NCBI GenBank assembly: GCA_030141605.1
Contig: JAQGDQ010002370.1
Location: 27,167-91,166, forward strand
Length of the DNA: 64,000 nt
Origin: Tubiluchus corallicola
Taxonomy: Eukaryota; Animalia; Priapulida
Reading direction: 5' to 3'
Made by a program: the position numbers and the translations under genes. Below the pieces are notes generated by a model. The model ran no database searches. It had not been told where the DNA came from and saw only the letters and a list, made by a program, of their open reading frames with translations. Positions 54,733 to 64,000 of this stretch are shown in pieces (positions within the stretch are counted from its first letter, which is position 1; each line of letters starts with the position of its first letter).

Positions 54733-55487
54733 TGTGGGGCATGGAGTACACCACTAGCCGAAGTAGGACACTTCCGATAAATGTGCTAAATTTGCGGAAA
54801 AACAGGGCAGCCAAGTAGGGCACTGGCATTTCTGTCGGGAATCGAGAATTATGACATAATAAAACACAAAACTAAATTTGTTTTAGAAAAAAGTGACTTT
54901 ATAGAAAATAGTGACTATATGGATAATCCTTGACAATTACAAATGTATTTTTTTACAATAATATCATCATTATTATTAGCTCATCATAACATTAAACTAA
55001 GTATTTAATGCTTTAAAGAGAGAAACTATGCACACAGTTATTACAACAATAATTATTGCAAGTTTAAAAATGAAACTTTTATTTAGTAGTGAAGTAGTAA
55101 TAAAAAAATTACTTGTCCTAGAGGTAGTGAAGTACTTGGATCACCTGTCTGTGAAGCAGGACAAAATAAAAAATGATATACCTTAAGCAAATGTTGGAAT
55201 CGGCTAAGAAGTGGGCTTATTTCACTTCAAAAAGATTAATATCAAAGCGAAATTCAATACTGGCCGACCTACTAGCTCAGAACGAGATTATTTTATTTTG
55301 TCCGATGTATAATAAATTATTCAACTTGTATTAACGTTTTCAATTATTATTATTAAATAAATAAATACAACGGACGCTGCCGGTACGGTTAACGACTCAA
55401 TTCGCGACCTGTCTCTATTGTCCTACTTGGGCAGCCCATGTACACCAATTTTCCTACTTCGGTTAGTGTCCTACTCCGCTCCCAACA
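54733..55487. mobile_element. Non-autonomous TIR element (~750 bp) with AGTAGGACA subterminal motifs
   Basis: Left end TGTGGGGCATGGAGTACACCACTAGCCGAAGTAGGACA is an imperfect inverse of right end TTCCTACTTCGGTTAGTGTCCTACTCCGCTCCCAACA. A related copy lies at 57741-58569. Confidence 0.7.
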
Positions 55488-55952
55488 CATACAATTTAAA
55501 AAAATATTATCACATTTAAGACTTTATCCATAATCCAGAGACGGATATTAGAACTGAGAAAGTATATAGTGGCACCATCGCAGATAGAGGGAGGTCATGC
55601 AATTTAAAAAAAAATATTTTCACATATTGTTTATGTATCGAAAATATTTGACAGTTTCGCTCTCCGTAGTCATTGGACAGGCAATCGCCAAACGAAATCT
55701 CGTACCCCTGAAAAAAACAACCAAACACTAGCTTACCAGTTAGTCCAACAAGCACTAGAAATACAATATCAGGGCTAATCGGTCCCTTTTCGCCATTAAA
55801 TCTGAAACCATGTGCTCACTGAAGTTTAGCAATGGCAACGATCTTCGGTGTAGTATATAGTCAAACCAAACCGATTAGGGCAACGTATCGCGTTAATTAT
55901 GGAGTTGCCCATGCAGAGCGCGGAGTACGCCACTAGTAGGCCAAATAGCGCT

Positions 55953-57742
55953 AATTCAATTCAATTTAATCTGGTTTTATTTGCACAAATACATACAATG
56001 TACATTGGCAAAAGCAATACACGTTAAATACTACATAAACCGAAGAAATCATAATAGGCTGTGTGTAAAGTTTTTTTCATAGACAAATGTTAGGATACGG
56101 CATACTGATACTAAAGTCACAGTTATATAAAAATTGTATAATTTAGCAATGAAAAAAGAAAAATGACTTAAAAATAGTAGGTATTTGTACCAGCTTTTTA
56201 AATGAAAGATTATAAAAAATAACATAGAGTTGAAAATAATTTGGTTAGAGTCTGCTGCCAAACTGCTGATTTCTTCTTCCCTAGGAACTGGAGTTGTTGC
56301 CAAAAGTTTCTTGCATTGATGTTATAGATGTATCGACTGTAACCAGAAAACCTATGAAAAACAAAGAAACTGTACTAAGAGCGAAGCCTACAAAAAACAA
56401 ACAAAACATTATTAAAAACAATTAGCAGCTATACATTATGCAATACAAAATTATAACTAGATATTAAAAAGTCTCAACTCTTGAGTAGTTGAGTTTCCAT
56501 TGAGAAGGTTCAACAAGGTGTAGCCAGTGTTAGCTTTTTGTTTTTCTTATTTAGAAGTTTTTAAATATATATTCTCCAAAAGGAATTATATCCTTTTGAA
56601 CATTGCTGTTAAACAGCCACATCTAGAGAAAAATTTAGACTGTGAAGTTTAATTTCATAATTTGTTTTATTTTCAAGAAAAAGTGAGCAGTCATAAATAA
56701 AGTGTATTTCATCTTCTATTTCATGTTTTTTAGGTCAGGAGGTTGTGCAATAATTGCATATTCGTTCTTGTTCAGGTGTTTTGGTATAACAAGCATGTTC
56801 GATTTCTAAATCATGATCACTCACTCAGAGTTTAGTGATAGCTTGTCTATGATTGTTGTCCCTAATAGTGTTTAGGTAAGGCTCCATTTTGTATTTTAAC
56901 CCCCTGTAAAATCTGAGCTTGTTACTGCCTCCCTTTTTCCTATCACCATTATGAATTTCGCTAAAAAATATATTTTCATATCCCGTTTTTAGAATTTTGT
57001 TCAGGTTTTTTTGACATTCTGTGCTATTGTCATTGATTCATTCTCATATTCTGATGCATAGCTTGGGTTAGGTTGCCATGTGGGCGACAATAGAGCTGTA
57101 TGATTCAGAGACGGGAAGATGGTGTTAAATATAGCCTTTCTAGGTTTGTGGGCAGCAGTCAAGCCAAATTTGTATGATCTTTTTGCTGCTGCGATGAGGA
57201 GAGGATATAAAGCCAGTTCAGCCTTGTAGGCAATATTACATGCTGTTGTCTTTACTCCTATTACCCATTTTGTGAACTTTATTTTGGACATTGTCGAATG
57301 GGAATTGATTCCATATTTGTAGAAGTTTCTCAGTGTCATTGCTGTTAATTTTATTTAGTTTTTCTACGTAAGCATTTGTCAAAATTTCGCAACCGTATAT
57401 TGCAAAAGGGACTATTAATGTCTTAAATAAGAAAATTAGTAAACTCAATGGGAAATTACTATTAAATATTAGAGCTTTTACTTTAAAAAGAGTTCCAATG
57501 CTGTGGTTTCTCACTGTTTCTACATGTTTGTTGTGTATTCCTGTATTGGTGAGATATTTAATATGTTTTTCATTCTTTAGTGTTTCTGCTTTCATCTGGA
57601 AGGTGGTATATAATGGCAGCCTTTTTCCAAATGCCACTATTTTCGCTTTTTTGTAGTTGATTTTTAGGTGGTTTTGTGTGGCATACTGTGAAAGTTCATC
57701 AATACATTTTTGGAGGCCCTCTCTAGATCTGTTAGAGCACAT
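55953..57742 (-). mobile_element. 5'-truncated, decayed non-LTR retrotransposon (CR1/L2-like), RT C-terminal region and 3' tail
   Basis: SREGLQKCIDELSQYATQNHLKINYKKAKIVAF, PFAIYGCEI, KFTKWVIGVKTTACNIAYKAELALYPL, RQAITKL.VSDHDLEIE...ERICNYC...EIEDEIHFIYDC (zinc-knuckle-like). 3' end AATAAAAC...(ATTGA)n at ~55953. Frameshifted. Confidence 0.85.
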
Positions 57743-58569
57743 GCGCTAAATTTGTGGAAAACTAGTGTCGTGCATGGGCATCCCATGTAGAGCACTAGCA
57801 ATTTCTTTCACTCTTTTGACTTTAGCAACCGAGTAGTAAACAGTTGGAATGGTCTAAGCAGCAAAACTATAGCATCTAAATCAATAAATGAATTCAAACA
57901 AAATATGAGTGGAATCAGAAAAAAATTCTTGTACCATACAACACTAATACCAGTAGAGAACAGGCATTACAGATGATCCATGAATCTACTTCTAGCCTTA
58001 ACATTGGATATGGATATGTCAACAAGTATTTTGTCAAATTTTTAAAGACTCTGTGAAAGTTTCTTCATTTTATTAAAAATTGGGCTTGTTGAGTTAGTTT
58101 CCGTCAGTTTGGCATCATACAGTGGATATACACTTGATCGTCTTCACCAAATCGGCAAGCAGCCTGACATCAATTAAAAGTGCCAGTTTGCAACATCAAA
58201 AACATATATATTGTTCACGTAGTGAGACAAAATAAAAAATGTTGGAATCGCCTAAAAACGGGCTTATTTTCACTTCAAAAAGATTAATCCCAAAGACAAA
58301 TTTAATATTGCTCGTTAGACTAGCTCAGAATAAGATTCTTTTATTTCAGCAGATGTATAATGAATTGTATGATGTGTTGACATTTTCAATTATTATTATT
58401 AAATAAACAAGGACAACGGACGTTGCCACTATGGTTTAAGGACTCAATAAGTGACTGTCTCTAGTGTTCTACTTGTGCAGCCACATACGACGCATGCTAA
58501 TTAGGCTAGCCCTACGTAGATGTACGGCAACTGTCCTACTTTGGCTTGTATCCTACTCCACTCCCGACA
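57741..58569. mobile_element. Second, left-truncated copy of the 54733-55487 TIR element
   Basis: Shares ATG.GCTAAATTTG.GGAAAA and AATGTTGGAATCG.CTAA...TTCACTTCAAAA.GATTAAT, and has the right end TCCTACTCCACTCCCGACA. Confidence 0.7.
57815..58018 (+). mobile_element. CR1-type LINE 3'-end fragment
   Basis: Translates FSNRVVNSWNGLSSKTIASKSINEFKQ, matching the CR1 ORF2 C-terminal FS.RVV..WN.L motif, followed by a short TGGATA tandem tail. Confidence 0.7.
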
Positions 58570-59494
58570 GCCTGTAACATGTCAATTAAAGTTAGTTAAA
58601 GACATGTTTGCTACTTAACTAATGAATTTGTGATTATTTATGTGAGCAGATGTTCTCTTATTATTTCAATTTATTTAATGAATGAAAAAGTTGGTAGACA
58701 TAGACATTTTTATTTATCTCCTCATTTACACCTGTATACAAATTGATAGTATTATTTTTTTAGTTATTGATTAAAAAGGATAAATTAAGCATAAAGGAAA
58801 GAGTTAAGGGGGGGGGGGTGCAGGAGAAAGGGTAGCGAAAGACCAATTGGGTAGCTTTGTAAAAGTGGGTAAATTATAAATTTCAATTCATTTCAGTTTT
58901 ATTTGCGAAAATACATGCAATGTACATTGGCATATATGAGTGTATACTAGAATGGATTCAACAACAAATGACAGAGTCGTATTTTTGAATTGCCAATTTG
59001 AATTCTAGATGGCAGCAATAACATCATTTTAGAGAAAAGCCTAAGCCTGCAATAATTCACAACGGATCATCATGAAACTTTATAGGAATATATTGGAATG
59101 AAACCTGTACAGACTAACAGAGTTCGATTTGCCTTCATTTCAAAAGGGCGGCGTTCACGTCATTTTTTTTTCTATCCACGAACTTGAGTTCAGCAAGACC
59201 TCGAGTTATAGTTTGAATCGAATTTGCTTGCTTCATAACACTGAACCTGTTTGCCTGACAAATTGAACCTTTGGACAAACATCATTTGTTTTGGCATTTA
59301 CGAGGAAGGTAATCAGTGTTTTAGCTGATTTACCTATATTTGAAGTAACTCGTTTTCGTTTTTGTGCATTTGTTTATCTATCTAGGAAATAACACTTCTG
59401 CTAGCTGTCTCCTTTTCTAATATACAGTTGTTTTTGCATTTTCAGGTAATCAATGTAGAACTGAATATATTTGTCAGTCACAGGACTAGGAGAA

Positions 59495-62400
59495 ATGACT
59501 CTCACACTGACAGACTCAGTTGGTTTTCTGGCAACTATAACGACTGTTTGTCTAGCTCTGACTGGAATGTAAGCTACTAGATAAAAGAAAATTTACGAGA
59601 GTATTATATGAGGTAGATTTCGCAATGCTTTGTAGCTGATTAAATGTTATTGCTGTTAGCTAACAAAGCAGTCAACCAAACCTTTATTTTTGCTTTTAGA
59701 CCAACTTGTAAAAAGATCTGGAGAATTGGATCTACTGGTGATATATCTCCTCTTCCATTCATTACGGCTACTTCAAGGTAAAATATGTTAAGTTTAGTAT
59801 TTTCATTTTGAGTCAGCGAATGATGTATGCAGTGTTAGTTACTGTGTTGTACCAGTTTTTCCAGTTATGATATAAAGGCTCAGCCTCATTATTTTTTTCA
59901 GGTAAGTTCAAGGAATATGTTCTGAAACAATACTTTTGATCAATTTGGTAAAATAATTAAATCATTCAGTAAGTAATTAGATGATCTTACTGTGCATTAA
60001 CCGTTTTTCCAAGCAAGCCACGCAATTTTCTGATTGTGTAACTGTTGAGGGCTGGTGCAATCGCAATAAGCTGCCAATCTGTTTAGTACCTATTCTGTGT
60101 GGACTGGCCTACCTGGATGCTCGATTTTTCCATGTAGATCTTCTTACTGAACAAAGTACTGTATATCAGTAAACTGTGCTGAAAATTCAGCACATTTTGG
60201 TAAGAAAGGCCAACTTCCTACGATATTTGATTATAGAGTTAGGCGAAGTTAAATGGCAATGTTGCACAGCACACAGACTGTTAGAGACACAGCTATGCAG
60301 TCGAAAGCACATTGTATCATTTTGTATAGCGCTATTGAGTTGGTAATTAATGAATGGTAGCAAAATGTAATTTCAGAGTAATAGTTGTAGGTAATTTCTT
60401 CTTAAAATAGTAAAAATGATAAATTTTCCTCTTTAAGAGTTATTTTAAACAGAAAACTTTCACTTTTAGTTTGCATAAATGCTTTTTGATAGTTAACTTC
60501 TTGGCAAAGAAATCACTATTTGCTTTTTTATATTCATGTCTCAGCAAAAGTACTGAAAAGCAGAAAAAAGTGCATGCTAAATCTATGTAAATTGGCTTTT
60601 AAAGCCTTGTTTGTAAAGTGGTATTTTTGCAACGTGTCGTAAGTCAGAGACGACAAAAATTTATTGCTTCATTTCACAGAATTAACGAGAAAGTAAAGCA
60701 TTATGCTATTAATAATATTGTTGTCCTTATTTATCAACCTATACATGAACCTATATGCATACTAACATCTGCTGTCACAATATTGGGTGGGTAATAAGGC
60801 ACAAAAATAGGCAGTACTTTTCATTAACTACTTCATTTCATTCTGGAACTAAACTTGCACTGGCTCTCATAACTATACTAGCATTATTCAAGGTTTTATG
60901 ATTTCATTAACTGAAGGCCTACTGTCATAATTTAATAAAACTGACACATTCCTGCAAAGAGCCCAGCAGCAATTTAAGTTGGCCTACTGTAGCGAAATTT
61001 ATACATCTGCAAATTTTCGCATCTGTTACAGTGCAAACATAATAAACTAAAACAAACTAAACAAGACTAAACTAAACTAAGTAAACTTTTCATTTGTAAA
61101 CAGCTGTATATTAGGTTTGCTAATTAGGTGTACACTGTAAACTAAATTATTTCCTTTAGTAAACGCCGTGTAAATATTTAGCAACCTTAATAATTTTAAG
61201 CAAAAGTTCAAGTTATCTTATTTATTTTATTAACTAGGGTAGTTGTGCGCACAGAAACATTGGGATCTTAACAAATAGACAATTTTTATATGTTTTTACT
61301 TTAAATCTCTCAGAATAAATGCATCCAATATGGCGTAAATCAAATATTCAGTTACAAGCATAAACAAAACAAATGGTGTCATTACCTGAAAACCTTTTTC
61401 AAAAAACACTGGTAATATAGAGTAAGTGGGAAAAAAATCATATATAATGCTTTCTTTTCTTTCTCTCACATAAATACACATGTACAAACAATGTGGCTCC
61501 GTCTCCATAAATATATGTATATAACGTGATGTATTTTTTCTTTTTCAGTGCTGTGTTATGGCTCAAGTATGGAATTATGAAAGAAGATTGGACTATCATT
61601 TTAGTGAATCTGATTGGTACCATTCTGCAAGGATGTTACACTATATTTTACTACTACATGTGTCCTGCTAAAGTAAGTCAGTTACATTAATTTAGAATGT
61701 TTAAATTTGTGATGCTTACAATTAATAATGACATTTTGTAAGCAGACAAGTGTTTGCTCTTGCACATGATCAAAAAACAAGAAAACAGAGGAAAGGATAG
61801 ATGTGCAAATTCTCAATTCAGGACACTAACGCATTGCAGGAAAATGCTGTGTTTTAAAAGTAAATTGTCTTAATGCGAAATACCTTAAAATACTCCAGAG
61901 GTATATTCCAGTATTGAAAGTTTATAGAACAACAAATCGAAATTAACAATCAATAATAATATTAGTATAGATGATGAAGTCATGTTGGACTTACCTCAGA
62001 GGTGTTTCCGAAAAGTTTTTCAGTTGCCTGCACATCATTGTACTTTGTAAATGGTCATCTAAATACTGTATTATAGTAACAGTTTCTCTGTCTTTATTGT
62101 TCTACTTTTTGTTAATGGCTTTCCTGGCTGTCCTACTCATTGTTACACTTATGTGCTCATTTTGATTGGTCTGCATTTTTGTAAATTGTGGTTAGAGTTA
62201 TCTGAGATAGAATTGAACAAATGGTCATATAATGTCCAGTTTTGTGGATTTAAAAATTTTCTTTTCTATTTTATGCTAGCTATGGCAGTTTGCTGAGAAA
62301 TATTATAAATACATTGTTTTTTTGGAATGGAGCAATTAACACCACACTTTCACATAGTATAGCCAAATGTTATCAGACGAGGCATATCTAGGTAACCATA

Positions 62401-63088
62401 CAGCAGCAATATCTTCACAGTGATTTGGGTAAATAGTGGCTTCTTTATAAAGAGGCACCTTAACAAATAAAATTTCAGTGCTTAAGGTAAGGCCGAGAAA
62501 CTGAAAAATTGATTATTAAATGAGAGAAGGTGGCAAAATGTTTAAAACAAAATGCTGCTGACTGGGGAGTTGTTAAGCGAGAACTTACTGTACCTAACAT
62601 TTAGCCAAGATGGTTTACCTATAACAGGTTTGCGTGGCTGCAAAGTACTTTATATATACACTTGTCCAAGACAATGAATTTTGTGTACTGGTTTTGCATG
62701 CCAGGTGTATCGTTTATTCCGTACCATCTCAGAGGTTTTATCCATTGTAACATGAATGCATTTATGACCTGCATCACCAATTTCCCTGAAAAATGTTATG
62801 TAAAAATATTAAATGTTTGGACGACAAATTTTCAGCTGTGAAACATTTTATGCTTTAGTTAAGGCATTTAAAAAGGGCCCGGTATTTACTTTTTAATTAA
62901 TGTGGCTCACCAAAGTTTTTTTGCAGGTTGCTATGCAAAAACAACTGTTAGTTGCAGCGGGTGTTGTTTTTCCCTTGCTCATCTATACGAAGTATGTTGC
63001 GAATGATTACTATACAGCATTAAATAGGCTTGGAATAGCCTGTTGTTTGATGGGCGTTATTTTTTTTGGATCTCCTTTGGTGTCTATG
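59495..63088 (+). CDS. SLC50A1: Sugar transporter SWEET1 (MtN3/saliva family), first four coding exons; continues beyond the window
   Basis: GT-AG exons 59495-59568, 59700-59777, 61549-61672 and 62927-63088 give MTLTLTDSVGFLATITTVCLALTGIPTCKKIWRIGSTGDISPLPF...LWLKYGIMKEDWTIILVNLIG...IFFGSPLVSM. A probable 5'UTR intron spans 59309-59445. Confidence 0.93.
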
Positions 63089-64000
63089 GTAAGTATCAAC
63101 AAGAGTATAAATCTAAGCAGTTGAACTGTGTAGCTGTGATTGTTGATTTTCTGAGTTAGTTTAAGAACTTATTTATCTGTTGGCAGTAGCTTGGTAGATT
63201 TATTTTTTATCAATAAAAATTTGATAATTGTCTGCCCAGCTCCTAATGTGCAACATTCAGGTAATAACAGTGTATCGGTGTTTGTGTTTTCATGTTAACA
63301 AACTAATCTACTATTGAGTGCAAAAATTTATGAGAAAAAAATATAATTTTCAATTCATGAGACGTGCTTATGGTATTTTAATTAATATTTGGTCAAAGAA
63401 AAAGCTTTGCAATTAAAATATCATATAAATAAGAGTAGATCATAGCTGAAGAAAACGCTTTTACTTTAATAAAAATTTAACTCTGTGAGTTAAACTCTTA
63501 TTTCAAGTCAGATCACAAATACCATATTTTGACAGCAAGCACTGCAAGCTTTTTCAGTAAATTTGTCAGAATTTACATTGAAATTAAATTTACTGTTGTT
63601 GTAGCTATTTTGTAACTAAGGTTGTGAAAGTTACATGGCGGGCTTTTATGATAAATGTACAAAAAATTGACTGCATTGCCAAGTTTACTAAAGCGTTGAT
63701 GCAAGTGCTCAGCTTGTAGGAAAATTTGCATGGTTGCTGCACATTTTTATTGAGGGATGGTCAGGAGCTACCCTTCCAAATATGTTTAAGCACTTTAGCT
63801 GGTGCTCTCTTTTGTCCCAGAGAAATATCTTTTTTGACAATGAACTAGGTTAGGGTCCAACCAATATCAGCTCCATTATTAGACTCTGTCATTGAGTAAG
63901 TTTCCTGCTCTCGGTAGCATGTCATTTATACATGCATTGTGAAACTGTGAATTGTTGATTTTCCGTGTATGCTCTATTTGAAAGCATTTTGCTTGGTTTA

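Noticed and set aside
55708-55736. Possible 29-nt GT-AG micro-intron on the minus strand
   Set aside because: Far shorter than the other introns here; the donor more plausibly splices to the acceptor at 53406.

Overview
AT-rich, intron-containing eukaryotic DNA, most likely from an invertebrate animal; it is not prokaryotic. It holds five protein-coding loci. (1) A single-exon mitochondrial L-threonine 3-dehydrogenase ORF (TDH, +, 31-1155). (2) The last five exons of a CDK5RAP1/MiaB-type tRNA methylthiotransferase (-, 9709-5413); I could not find its 5' exons anywhere in the window. (3) A single-coding-exon LRR-only type I membrane protein with a polyproline and PDZ-motif tail (+, ~41948-44542). 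(4) A 10-exon TPR protein resembling the Rpl4 assembly chaperone Acl4 (-, 53399-46243); I could not place its terminal exon. (5) The first four coding exons of a SWEET1/SLC50A1 sugar transporter (+, from 59495, running off the window). The rest contains hAT-type MITEs with target-site duplications, decayed CR1/L2-like LINEs, several minisatellites and microsatellites, and a ~32 kb stretch with no recognisable host exons. The main oddity is two same-strand housekeeping genes that are each incomplete on the side facing this gap, with compatible splice phases. All gene calls come from manual translation and recalled family motifs, not from database searches.
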